A stretch of DNA of 64,000 nt from Phyllosticta citribraziliensis (GCF_038025025.1 NW_027117349.1:992001-1056000); one strand, 5' to 3'; shown: positions 46,317 through 57,658, counted from the stretch's first letter. A program made the numbers and translations. The notes: generated from the letters alone by a model not told the origin.

Positions 46317-47630
46317 ATGGATACCCGATCCGAGCCTCCGGCGGATCAAGCAGCTCTTCTCAAGCTTCCCGTCGGACTGATCGAAAGCATCGTGGAGTAC
46401 TTGCGAACCTGGCCGGCAAAGCAGGACTTCTTGAACTTTCGGCTTACCCACCGCATCCTACATGAGAAGTCTTTCCGGCTCTTCGGCAAATTGTACTTTG
46501 AGCATGTCAAGACTGAACTGACGCTGAAAAAGCTTCAAAGATTAATCGACATTGCCGCTCATCCCCCAGTGGCAAAATATGTGAAGACGCTGGAAATCAT
46601 TGCCCAGGATTTCGATAACAGTGATCTTGCCTACGTTCAGTTATACGCAGACAATTGGCTGGAAGGCATCTCCCGCAGAGACAACACAAGGTTCAAAGGT
46701 GCGCGAGACATCTACGACCAGTTCCGTGCGGACTTCGTGGACCGAATCGAAAGCGACAAAAGGATCCGCGAATCTGGGCTTGCGCACTCGTTGCTCACGC
46801 GCGCGATGAGTGGCTTGAAGAACCTCGAAGCCCTCTCTTGCGACTACAACTACAGAAGTCAGAGGAGACGGTTGGAAAAGCTGTGGGACGATCTTCTTTC
46901 CCCAAGCGAATTCGATGACGACCTTCGAGCCCTTGACTTTGACTGGGATGTACGTGCCAGGAGGGAAAGACGCCGCTGCAACATGGATATCATCCTGTCT
47001 GCAGTGATCGCCAGCGGTGTCGCCCCTTCAAAGCTGGAGTTCAGTGGCGGATTATTCGTCGCTAAAAAGGAGACTCCGGGGTCGGGTCTCCCAGAGACGC
47101 TGCTCTACGAGAGGCTCTTCAGAAACAGTTTCAGGAACCTCAAGGTCTTGGAAATTGTTCTCTCAGCAGACGCCGAATCCGACGTCAAGTACATGCCGTG
47201 GTTCCTGGGAGCCGCCTGCGCAAACCTGCAAGAGTTGGCCATCGTCTGCCATTTGGATTCGCAGGAACAAGACGCACTAATTCCCATTTTCGACGCCATT
47301 CTTGCGACCTGCGAATTTGAGTCCCTGCAAGTACTGGGTCTCAGCATCCCTGCAAATGCTACTACGCACCTCAGCCAGTTCATTCGCAGGAACGGCAAGA
47401 CTTTGCGAGAAATCGATATTCAAATTTCTCCAAGCAAAAGTGCGAAGTGGTCGGAGGTCTTGAGAGCGTGCCTTGAAGCGGGACGCCTGGAAAGCCTCGA
47501 CTTGAGCACGTATGCGGACTGTTATGGGTCGCTTCACAGCGTCACCTTCTCGCCGGAGCATCCTCCTTCCTCAAGGCCGGAAGAGGTGCTGGAAAAGTGG
47601 GAGGCGGTAGAGCGCGCTGCTGAACTGTAG
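46317..47630 (+). CDS. F-box domain protein, array paralog 5 (437 aa)
   Basis: LLKLPVGLIESIVEYLRTWPAKQDFLNFRLTHRILHEKSF, SGLAHSLLTRAM, KWSEVLRACLE. Confidence 0.9.
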   Translation: MDTRSEPPADQAALLKLPVGLIESIVEYLRTWPAKQDFLNFRLTHRILHEKSFRLFGKLYFEHVKTELTLKKLQRLIDIAAHPPVAKYVKTLEIIAQDFDNSDLAYVQLYADNWLEGISRRDNTRFKGARDIYDQFRADFVDRIESDKRIRESGLAHSLLTRAMSGLKNLEALSCDYNYRSQRRRLEKLWDDLLSPSEFDDDLRALDFDWDVRARRERRRCNMDIILSAVIASGVAPSKLEFSGGLFVAKKETPGSGLPETLLYERLFRNSFRNLKVLEIVLSADAESDVKYMPWFLGAACANLQELAIVCHLDSQEQDALIPIFDAILATCEFESLQVLGLSIPANATTHLSQFIRRNGKTLREIDIQISPSKSAKWSEVLRACLEAGRLESLDLSTYADCYGSLHSVTFSPEHPPSSRPEEVLEKWEAVERAAEL

Positions 47631-48319
47631 CTGCTCTGCTTGCTGGCGAGGCGATGCTGCTTGGAACGAAGATATGGAGCGATCGCTTGGTTTTTGCCAC
47701 CGGATTCCAAAATTGGGGACTGGGTCACACGAGGATGGTCGGACCATTGACCGAATGCTCCTTGTCACATTCCCTTGCGGAAGTCTCAATCTAAGGTCGC
47801 TTGAAAGCTTCCTGGTAACACACTTCTAACCGTACGAATGCTCCCTACGATTCCTTCCTGTTCAATTTCTCGTTGTTTTTCGCAGCCTTTCCCACTGGGC
47901 CTTGAAATTACGGATGAGTCGATAAGTGAAGTCAGAAAGCTATCAATGTGACGAAATACTGTCACTGACAAAGGAAGAGAAGCTGCTTCACGCAAAACGG
48001 ACTCGAGAGGGGGTGGCATAGGTTGACGAGTTTTATTCGAACGCCTGGTCCTCCAATCAAGAATCGCTTCCAGCCGCGCAAGGTCGCCACAACTCACCCT
48101 GAGACTGCTATTTGTGCTGTCCAGTCGTTGAGAGGCTATTTACATCGGACTTGCGTCTCAAAACGGACAGAATAGCCGCGCGCCAGGCACCCGTCGTAAC
48201 TCCGCGCCGCTCCAACATGCTTATTTATATTCCTGCATCCACTCACAGAACGAGTCTCTGCCTTCACCTTTTTGTTTATTCCCTGCAGACTCATTGCGCG
48301 ACTCATCCATTCCGAGAAA

Positions 48320-49699
48320 ATGGGAACCAAGGATATCACTTTCGTGGATTGCAGTGGTGATCTACTTGAGCTTCCAATGGAGTTGACTGAACTAATTGCG
48401 GACTACTTGTCGACCGAAGACTTTTTCAGTCTTCGTCTCACAAACCGGATGCTGCATGATAAGACCTCCGATCTGTTCGCCAAGCGTTACTTTACGCGGC
48501 GAGTCGTCAAACTCCAATTGTACAGCCTACGGAACCTGGTCAACATTTCCAAGCATCCGACGTTGGCAAAGCGAGTCAAAGTCCTTGAAATCACGCCTAC
48601 GATCCAAGATACATTTGATCGATCTCTCATGAAACGGCTTGTACATGGATGGGCTGGTTGGTCGTCAAAGCACTTCAAGGGGCACACTAAGAAGGAGAAC
48701 ATGCACATTTACGAGTCTCTCCAGAAAATCCGCTCCCGATTCTCCAAAATTATCGACCGCAATCTTTCCGTCAGGCCGTCGGGGCTTGTCACCGCAGTGC
48801 TGACTCAAGCCTTCATGGGCTTCGAGAGTCTTGAAAGCCTCCGGTACGGTCTATTCGAGACGGAATCGAGATATTGGGACGATCAAATGGCGGATTACTG
48901 GAACGATGCTGGACTTCAACAAAGCACCGGCGTCGCTTTAGCAGACTACGACTGGGGCAGACGGGGGCCGAACTGGAGATATCATGGCCACTGTTACTTG
49001 GCCCATGTCCTGTCGGCTATGATGGTCAGCCGCATCAAAGTTTCGCGCTTGAACCTTGAGGCAGGAGCGTACCACGCCCTAGAAATTCCGAGCCTAGACG
49101 CCCCCAAAGCGCTGGTACTTCAAGACTGCTTCAGCAGATTGAAGTGTCTCCAGTTTTCACTTTCCACGGAATACTACAAGACGGCTGGTGTCGAAGATAT
49201 TGCCAGCCTTTTCAGAAACATGCCCCAATCAATTGAAGAGTTGGAATTATTCACGCAGAATGCAGAGCACGGTGAAGAGAGAGGAACTTGGCAGTTGGAA
49301 GCGGCCAAGGCCATATGGTGCGTTGTACTCGAAGAGTCCAACTTCCCACGCTTGCATAGCCTGAACCTTGCTCTTGCGTGTGCGAGCTTGGCTCCTTGTC
49401 TGTACCAATTCATCGGCGGCCACTGCAACTCTCTGCGGACCATTCGGGTCAGCCCTTGTGGCGCCGCGCGGTGGGACAACCAGATGAACAAAGTCAAATG
49501 GTCTGCCTTTCTGGATCTCTTTCTGTCAGCTCCGAATCTGGATGAAATCTTCTTCCAAACGCCTTGCTCCATCTACGACGGGCTTGACAATGATACTTGT
49601 CACGAGAATCTTGGTCTTCAAGCAGGTAGAGCCAGTGTGCAGGGGAAGATGAAGATCTGGAAGCAAGCGGAAGATGATTTAGGTCTTTCATCGGATTAG
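48320..49699 (+). CDS. F-box domain protein, array paralog 6 (459 aa)
   Basis: LLELPMELTELIADYLSTEDFFSLRLTNRMLHDKTSDLFAKRYFTRRVVKLQLYSLRNLVNISKHPTL. Confidence 0.9.
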   Translation: MGTKDITFVDCSGDLLELPMELTELIADYLSTEDFFSLRLTNRMLHDKTSDLFAKRYFTRRVVKLQLYSLRNLVNISKHPTLAKRVKVLEITPTIQDTFDRSLMKRLVHGWAGWSSKHFKGHTKKENMHIYESLQKIRSRFSKIIDRNLSVRPSGLVTAVLTQAFMGFESLESLRYGLFETESRYWDDQMADYWNDAGLQQSTGVALADYDWGRRGPNWRYHGHCYLAHVLSAMMVSRIKVSRLNLEAGAYHALEIPSLDAPKALVLQDCFSRLKCLQFSLSTEYYKTAGVEDIASLFRNMPQSIEELELFTQNAEHGEERGTWQLEAAKAIWCVVLEESNFPRLHSLNLALACASLAPCLYQFIGGHCNSLRTIRVSPCGAARWDNQMNKVKWSAFLDLFLSAPNLDEIFFQTPCSIYDGLDNDTCHENLGLQAGRASVQGKMKIWKQAEDDLGLSSD

Positions 49700-49969
49700 C
49701 CGCAAACATGATATTGGACCCTCAGGGGCCAGTCGCGCGCTTGTCGATCATGCAAGCTGTTACTGGTCGGGGACTAAGTATGGAACTGCTGCATCACACC
49801 TCCCGCATGTCTTTGGTTTGCGCCAGTGGGACGTCGCCTCGGCGAGCCTTTATATATGCGCGCGCTTCGACAGCAAAATTGGAGTCCGCCATCTTCCCGA
49901 GTCTTTTACTCAGGAACTACGTGTCCTTTTTTGATGCAACCCAAAAAAACAAGAGGGAAAAGGTGATCA

Positions 49970-50791
49970 ATGGAGGGAAGCACCGCAGGTCCGGATCCAG
50001 TCACCAAAGCGAGCGAAAACAAGGCCCCAGAACGCAAAGGATGGGAACAGAGAGAGCTGGTAACGGTGGGAATATCTGCCATGATCTACCGAATCAGCGA
50101 AGACCGCATCATCAAGATCCCAAAAGTCCGCACCAAAGACGAGGACTGCTTTGAGTATTGGAACGAAATGTGTCGCGATGAGCTCCAGAGAGAGAAGGCT
50201 GCGGTTGAGCGACTCGCCAGTCATCCACACATCATCCAGTGTTTTGGAATCTCTGACCCCGTCGACGGCATCAAGCTGGAATATGCATTTGCAAACCAAG
50301 GAAGCGCCGGTGAGATGATCCGCCAGAAAAAGCCGCCTCCACCCCTGGATCTGAGAAAGGAGTGGTTCTGGTCGCTCGCCGACGCCCTCAACCACGTTCA
50401 CTCGCGCAGAGTGTTCCATGGTGACGTCCACTTGCTCAACGTTCTGATGCACAACGACGCGGTCATGCTATGCGATTTTGGACAATCGGACCTCTTGCCA
50501 TTGGACACCGACATGGCGAGTTGGAAAAGCGAGGGCGATGAGACGGTGCAAGTGGAGATGCTACTCCTTGGCTACGTTTTCTATTCCATCATGGTCTGGA
50601 AGGAAACCAGGTACGACTGGTGGGATACCAAGACTTTTCCAGAGGCGGGAGATCGGCCGATTTTGAATGGCGTCCCTTACGCGGCTGTTATTCACAAGTG
50701 CTGGACGGGTGGATGTCGTTCGATGGATGATTTGAGGAGCGAGGTCTTCAAGACTGGGGACGATGAGTTGCTTTGTACTCCAGGGTCTTGA
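49970..50791 (+). CDS. Stand-alone protein kinase domain protein, atypical non-RD type (273 aa, intronless)
   Basis: IIKIP (beta3 Lys), ELQREK (alphaC Glu), HPHIIQC, catalytic loop HGDVHLLN, CDFG. No APE motif is visible. Confidence 0.9.
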   Translation: MEGSTAGPDPVTKASENKAPERKGWEQRELVTVGISAMIYRISEDRIIKIPKVRTKDEDCFEYWNEMCRDELQREKAAVERLASHPHIIQCFGISDPVDGIKLEYAFANQGSAGEMIRQKKPPPPLDLRKEWFWSLADALNHVHSRRVFHGDVHLLNVLMHNDAVMLCDFGQSDLLPLDTDMASWKSEGDETVQVEMLLLGYVFYSIMVWKETRYDWWDTKTFPEAGDRPILNGVPYAAVIHKCWTGGCRSMDDLRSEVFKTGDDELLCTPGS

Positions 50792-51816
50792 GAGGGGACC
50801 TCTTCACTGCGATTGGTCACTGCGAATCGAGTTACTCTTGCGGCGATCACTTCTCTCTCTATCCGCGAAAATCAGCAACACCGCTCACCTTCTTCTCGAA
50901 CTTTGCTCCTGGGATAACTCACCTTATCATCGCGTGTTTGGATGTCGCTTTCCAACTTCACGCGGAAGTTTGTAGCACTCACTGCTAGCAGGTCCAGCAT
51001 TGGGTAAACGGAAAATTTCCGCGCTCTGTTGGTAATTGTTGATGTGAAAACAGAATGAAGGTGGTAATCTCCTGCCTCCGGTCCAAGGAACGGAGTTAGC
51101 CTTTCCAACTCCCAACCCGGCGGTAATCATGGCGATGAAGTGACCTGGCAAGCCTGGTGCGAGTCAGGCTGGGATTCAGGTACCACGTCGCAATCTCGCC
51201 GACACATTTTCCTCTCTGCATACCGGTGCAGCGCGACGGTTCCGAAGGCTTTTACAACTCCAGGCGATGAATATTGGCCGAATGAAGTCTTCGTGGCGGT
51301 CAAACTCTGCGAATTCGCAACTTGTCGCTCATGTGCGCTGTGCCATGGGGTCGAAAAAGGCTCGTAAAGCACGAGCCCGGGCCCCCACCTCTTTCCATCG
51401 CTACCCCAGAACAGCACTTCATTTGTTGAAGTGAAGAACTTGGGGCTCCAGAGGAAAAAGGAGACATCGCTTGTCCAAAAGTAGCCGGACGAGCACTGAT
51501 CGGGCCGGTCAGGCGGCAAAGGCTTCTTCCTCGTCATCTCGGATAGCAAACGGGAGCGCCTTCGGATTCGCCATCGGCTGCAACGACGTCGACACCGCCT
51601 AGGGCGGCGCACCATCACATCAGCAACTGTGCTGTGTCCTGCTGCAGGTGTTGACCACCGGCGCTTTTCCGCGCGCAAAGGCCCCCCTGAGGACAAATAC
51701 AAAAGCTGACCAATATCCACCTACGCGACTCAGGCATAGGAAGGCACCCGATTGCATATATCTACCAGGCTGATTCTTCACAAGGATGGTGTTCACCGTA
51801 CTCAAACGTCGACAAC

Positions 51817-52956
51817 ATGGTTTCCTCCAAGCTGCTCTTTGTGCTGGCGAGCGCCGCCGTCTCTTCGGCATTTGATCCGCAACTGGGCTACAACAGCTTC
51901 GTCGATGTCGAGAACCGCACCATCGATGAGATTTACCAAGCAGCCCTGAAGGAGGGCGGAACAGTCACCCTGTGGCACGGCGGAGATGAGAAGAATCAGC
52001 AGAACTCGCTCAAGCAGGCGTTTGAGGAGCGCTTCCCTGGCATGACGCTGAACGTCACTGTTGACTTGTCCAAGTACCATGATGTCAACGTAAGTAGTTG
52101 AGCATCACTCCCTCTCAAGCAGTTTTGACTGAGTGGGCAGATCGACCGTCAAATCGCTACTGGCGATGTCTACGTTGACAGCGTTGCGCTGCAGACGCTG
52201 CACGACTACCCGAGATGGAAGTCGCAGGGCGCGCTGCTGCCGTACAAGCCCCTCGGCTGGGATGCCCTCTACAAGGACTTCCGCGACGCCGACGGCTACT
52301 ACAACGGCTTCTACGTCTTGAACTGGGCGAACAGATGGAATACCGACTACGTCAAGGAGCCAATCAAGGAGTTTGACGACTTTCTGCGGCCCGAGTTCAA
52401 GAACAAGCTCATCCTGACGTACCCCAACGACGACGACGCCGTTCTCTTCGCCTTCGACCTCATCATGAAGCAGCAGGGAGGCTACGAGTGGTTCGAGAAG
52501 CTGCTGGCCCAGAAGCCGCGCTGGGTCCGCGGCTCCGCCACGCCCAACACCCTCATCAGCAACTCTAACGGCACCTACACGGCATCCTTCACCGGTTCAA
52601 TTGGCCTGACTCCCTCCGCACCCTTCAACGTCTCGCTGCCAACTGCGCCCAACAGCTTCGTCTCGTGGCCGCAGACCGGCGCCATTCTCAAGGATGCGCC
52701 GCACCCCGAGGGCGCCAAGCTGCTCCACTCGTACATCTTGTCGGAGGAGTTCCAGGCAGCGAGGGGCGGCTGGTCCGTTCGCAGCGACATTGATGGTCCC
52801 GCGGGATACCCCAAGATCTTTGACGTACCCGGAACTGATGTCACCAAGTTTTCTGAGTTCATGGCCGACCGTGCTGCTGTTGAGAGGCTGCGCTTTTATT
52901 TTGAGGACAAGATTGGCTCGGCTCAGGGGCTGAGCCCGTTGGAGGACAACCTTTGA
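51817..52956 (+). CDS. Secreted periplasmic-binding-protein type II fold protein (ABC-type Fe3+/thiamine-binding-like); intron at 52090..52140
   Basis: Signal peptide MVSSKLLFVLASAAVSSA, IYQAALKEGGTVTLWHGGD, FEERFPGMTLNVTVDLSKYHD, LILTYPNDDDAVLF, AILKDAPHPEGAKLL. Confidence 0.88.
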
Positions 52957-53320
52957 GAGGGGATGTGTTTCTGAAATCTGATTGACATGGCAGTTGGTCT
53001 TGGTTTGGAGCTTTACTTCATGTATTTGTATCTACATTGTGTGCGATGTCGGCATGTTTGGAGGATGGACGTACTGAAACGCTTGAAGATGACAAGCTAA
53101 TCCCAGTAACATTTGGCGAGTTTCATCGGGAGGTTCAGTATGGCTGGCGGTAGCACGACAGAATCGACGCTGCGCTGAAAGCCGTTCCAGCGCAATCAAC
53201 CACAACTGGTCCGATTTTTACCTCGAGGGAAAGGTGCCAGAATTCTGTTTAAGAGTACCATCAGCAGGTAACGTGTCGTTGAACTTTCAAGGACCACTTT
53301 AGATGACGGTACCACCGTAT

Positions 53321-54875
53321 TCATACTGTTGCATTCCTCGTGAGCAGTATTCGTGACTCGGAATCGGCGGCATCAACACTGACGCGGCTTGTAGGAGTAG
53401 GAGAGGGTATCGTAAGATTTGACACAGCGTCCTCATGCGAACTTTCCGCCTCATGGTGGATAGTCCTCAAAGACATGTTATCAGTCGACGAGGCCTGGGT
53501 GGATTGGTTGCCATCCAGCAAATTCGGGTGCTCCTCCAATGTCTCTGAGACAACGCGTCAGCTTTTGGACGCAGTATCTCTCTGAATCAAGAGAGAAAAC
53601 TCACCAGTGAAACCTCCCACCCCAGCAAAGACCAACTGTCCCAGCAGAATCAACGGCAGAAACTGGCCAAAATTCCAGGTATTCGCGTCCAGGTCATTGA
53701 GGCCACACAACCAATCTTCCGAGGGCTCCGCAACCTTTTGCGCGAGTGTGTATGTAAGAGAGATGCTCATTAACAACAGTTGCGAATAGAACAGTAGCGT
53801 GGGCGTTCCGAAAGTCAGTTTGCGGCGAGTTGACTTGACTTTGCGTGGAGTGGCTCGGACGAAGCGAGACCATGGACCGGAGCCTTCACATCTCTCCAGG
53901 CTTTCCGAAAGACGGCGCAGCCATGCTTTGGGAGAAAGCATTCTTGCAGGTTTCCATTGAATTGCGAAGTGCCTTTTGAAGAAAGCTCTAAAGCGAGCTT
54001 GTGGAGTTCCGGGTTCGGCTCTGCACGTAAGCGAGGGAGAGATCTGATGAGCGGCGATCCAGAAGGGTGAAATGATTGCGAAGTAGAAGATTATGAAAAC
54101 GATGAGGTATCGGAGGATTGCGAAGAAAGTTGAGTTGTCGTTGCAGGTGCTACTCGCGTTCTTCATCATGCATCTGTCTTCCGGACGACCCCAGTTTATA
54201 GGAGACTCTAGAGCTCCCACATGGAGCATTGAGAACGGCTGGGCGTAAGTGATGGAAATTGCGAGCAGCACTGCGAAAGTGTAGATGAGCCACACGCGAA
54301 TGGTTCGTGCCAAGCGATGAGCTGCAAAATACTGCTGTAAGGTGATAATCGAGGCCAAGTGTGAGCTGCTGGAGAGACAGCTGAGGTACAGGATTAAATG
54401 GAAATGCGGCTCCCGGATTCGGTACTCGAACTTCAGATCAGTGTTGACCAGTGTCGACTTGGTTGCTCTAAAGTAGCCAGCAATTATTATTGCAGAACCT
54501 GTGAGGAGTTGCTGGTCTGCGAGAGCGAGCATGAGCCTCTCGAGAACCTTCCTCCAGAATTTGCCCCTCTCCTCATCTTCAATGAGTCTGTCCAAAAGGG
54601 GCCGGCTTAAATCGTGGAGTATCTTGGGTGGCATCGCCTTTTCTGGGCTGATGTATCCATCCAGTAGGGCAGCGCAGATCGATATCAACGTTGTAAAGAC
54701 GGCCGCTGCGGTGAATGATGCAACTACCTATACAAGTTAGTAAACGCAAGACTTGTGTTTGAATCTATGGACTTACCCCAATTCCTGCAACATCCGGGTC
54801 AGGTCTGCAATGTGTCCCATTATCGTAAGGGTAAAACCAGTCAGGGGCAAAAAGGATGAACTTGTCGATTGGCAT
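53321..54875 (-). CDS. Multi-pass fungal membrane protein of unknown function; introns at 54728..54776 and 53545..53604
   Basis: Spliced MPIDKFILF...DPDVAGIG-VVASFTAAAVFTTLISI..., LALADQQLLTGSAIIIAG, HFHLILYLSCLSSSSHLA, NTWNFGQFLPLILL. Several hydrophobic helices. Confidence 0.85.
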
Positions 54876-56021
54876 GGTTCGAGGAGCCAGTGTCAAAGGT
54901 GCCTGTCTGTCATGAATCCTCGCTGGAAGAGTCTTTATCCTTGGGAAGCTTTCAGCCTCATCAATGTTTCAATCGGGTTACTCGGCAAAATGGGGGCGAG
55001 CTGACGGTCAAGCTGTAGTATCTTTAGGTGACGTCAAAGCCCGAGCAAAAGCAGTGTGCCCACCACAGAGTGAACCGGTGGTTGGGAAGTGGTTTCTGAA
55101 GAATATGTGGCTTGAATAAGTCGGCTGAATGTGACAGAACGAAGATGATCCTGGATGGCAATGATGACATGGTCCACCGAAGGCTGGGTTGGCATGTTGG
55201 CTTTCCAAAATCTCAGCCTTGTGCGTGGTCGCACAGCGCGGGCGAAAGTGGTTTCGCACGACTTCATCGGGCCAGCGCCGGGGCACAGAGTCATCAATGC
55301 TGCAGAATGCTCTGAGATTCTCTCCATGAGCAGTTCATCAGAGACAGTCGCGCAGGTGGAGAGGATTGGAGTGCCAGTCGCAGTCGTTGTCGAAATCGAT
55401 GGAGAGGAGACGCGCGTAGACGTCAGCGACGGACGCGCAGAGCACGATGAGGATTGTCGTAACTGACTGACCATGATGGACTCACTCGGAGAAGGAGAGG
55501 CAGCCGTAAAGACTTCAGAGACCTGAGAAGAAACTGTGGTTGAGTTGTTGTCAGGTGGTGTTTTTCGGGCAGCGAAGCGCGTGGACGCGACGACCGTGGT
55601 GTACTCCCATGACATCACACCAGCGGCACTCACCTCAGGCCAAACAAGATGCGCAAACGGCCGTCTTGTTGGGTGCAGAACGCGTTGTTTACCATTCGCA
55701 TTGTCGCGTCTAGCGTGTCGCGTCTGTCACGTCTCATACGTAACAGCTAGGGGGCCGGTCCTTGACGCGTCTCAAGCGTGCGTGAGACTAGGAGACGCGC
55801 AGCTTCAAATAGTCCCAGGGTGATGTTCAAAGGTAAGTTGCGACTAGAGTAGCAAATATGTCCGAAAGATGAGTATTTTCTGGCCTTCCTGCGCACTTCA
55901 GTCATGCGAAAACACATACCCCTGAACGAAGTTTTTGGTCAGCGACGACAAACCAACAGTACCACGCACCACTTCTCTCCCCTTCTCTCCCATCCCCGTC
56001 TCTACGCATTGTCCAACTCCA

Positions 56022-57658
56022 TCACTGCCTCAGCTTCACAACAAAGCCACCCCTCTCAATCGTATTCACAAAAACGAAACCACTCTTAAACCCAGCGTAG
56101 CTACTCCAACTCCCGACAAAGTCAATGACACCGCCTTCCGCGTCATCCTCGGGATAAATATCGAACCAGCCGACCTCAGACACGCCCGCACCAGTGGGGT
56201 CGGACGGGATGCTGCCAATGTCGAGCACCGCCAGCCCGCTACCGTAGTTGGATTGGTACGTGTAGTTGCCCCACACGTACTGGTTGTGGTCGACGCTGTG
56301 GTGCGAGGACTTGAAGAGGCCGGTCTGCTTGGGCGAGGCGAGGGACGAGATGTCCCTGGAATGAATGCGTCAGCGCCGTGGAGGCGAGTGGGGATGGGAC
56401 AGGTCATCTTACCAGATGTACGTGACGTGGAAGCCGTCGGCCGCCGGCTCCACCTGGTCGTATTCGTCGTACTCGTCGTCCAGGAGCAGGTACTCTTGCC
56501 AGTTGGTGTCGAGGACCCAGCCTTGGTGCGTGTAGGCGGCGCCTTGGTACGAGGTGCGCGAGATGACGGTCGAGTTGGGCTTGTTGGTCACGTCGTAGCT
56601 GGAAGTGTGTCAGTGGGCAAGCAAGCTTCCCAGCACTCGTGATTCTAGGGAAGAGGCTTCTCACATGGTAAGCGTGTCCTCGTTGTAGCCGTAGCAGATT
56701 TCATGTCCTACGTATGCCTTGTCTGGCCCGTTGTAGATGAGGCACTGGGCATCGTGCACGTAGCCGTCTTGCGAATCGCAGCCAGGACTCGTCGGGTTGG
56801 ATGGGTCGCTGAGGTCAATGAAAATCAAACCTGCAGCGCACGAGGAGTTGCGCGGCTGGGCGCCGACGGCGTAGCCCCAGTTCGTCTGCTCGTTGATGAC
56901 GACGTTGTGCGTTCGGCCAATGGGAAGGCCCTTGAAAAGACCGGTGAGATCTTCGTCGTTGCTGAAAGTGACTGGGCTGGCGGGGTCGATTTCCAGGAGC
57001 TGTTTTGCACTCATCAGTATGCTGGATATGGAATCAATATTGCGACATTTACCTTGGTCATGTCGAAAATCTGAATGTTGTGGCCTTCGGCTTCGCTGCC
57101 AACGACCATGTAGTTCTTGTAGCCGCGAATTTCGCGCCAGATGCTGGGAATGGAGTACTGAGGCAGACGACCAAGATACGAGAGCTTGCCCTCTTTGGTG
57201 ATTTCAGCAAAGGCGGCACCATCTGACTGGCCAATGGCGAGAAACTCGCGGCCGCCAGGGGAAGTCCATCCCCATGACGAAGAGCCCTCGCCGCCGTTGC
57301 TTCCCAGGGCTTCGTGGCTCAGGAAGTGGTAAAGGTCAACATTGTTGCATTGGAACGTGTTGTTGGCATCTCCCGATATTGCCACAGCTTTTCCATTCAC
57401 ACACTCTGTGTAACCCAGTTCCGGGTACTGCGACGAATCGAATGCTCCAGCAGCGCGTTGGCGGTCCCACGTGGCCTTCAGATCGTCAGTTTGCTCTGCG
57501 TAGAATATGAGCAGACTTCTTACGTGTTTGTTGGACATGATTCGATTGTGAATGACACCAGTCTTGTAAAGCGTTGCGGCCTTGACCTGATCCTGAGCCA
57601 TCTCCTTGCTCAAGGCCAGGCCTATCAGCATGGTAAAGACAGTGCTTTTGATCAACAT
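56022..57658 (-). CDS. Secreted LVIVD-repeat / choice-of-anchor-B-like beta-propeller protein (four introns)
   Basis: Signal peptide, GSSSWGWTSPGGREF, YLGRLP, WREIRGY, THNVVINE, GYVHDAQC, YTHQGW, LLLDDEYDE, YQSNYGSGLAVLD, GSWSSY. Exons are joined by canonical introns. Confidence 0.87.

Noticed and set aside
51127..51720. 197-aa minus-strand ORF between the kinase and the binding protein
   Set aside because: Non-ATG start and no recognisable domain.
55034..55633. 199-aa Ser/Thr-rich minus-strand ORF
   Set aside because: No signal peptide, motifs or clear codon bias; cannot be supported as a gene.
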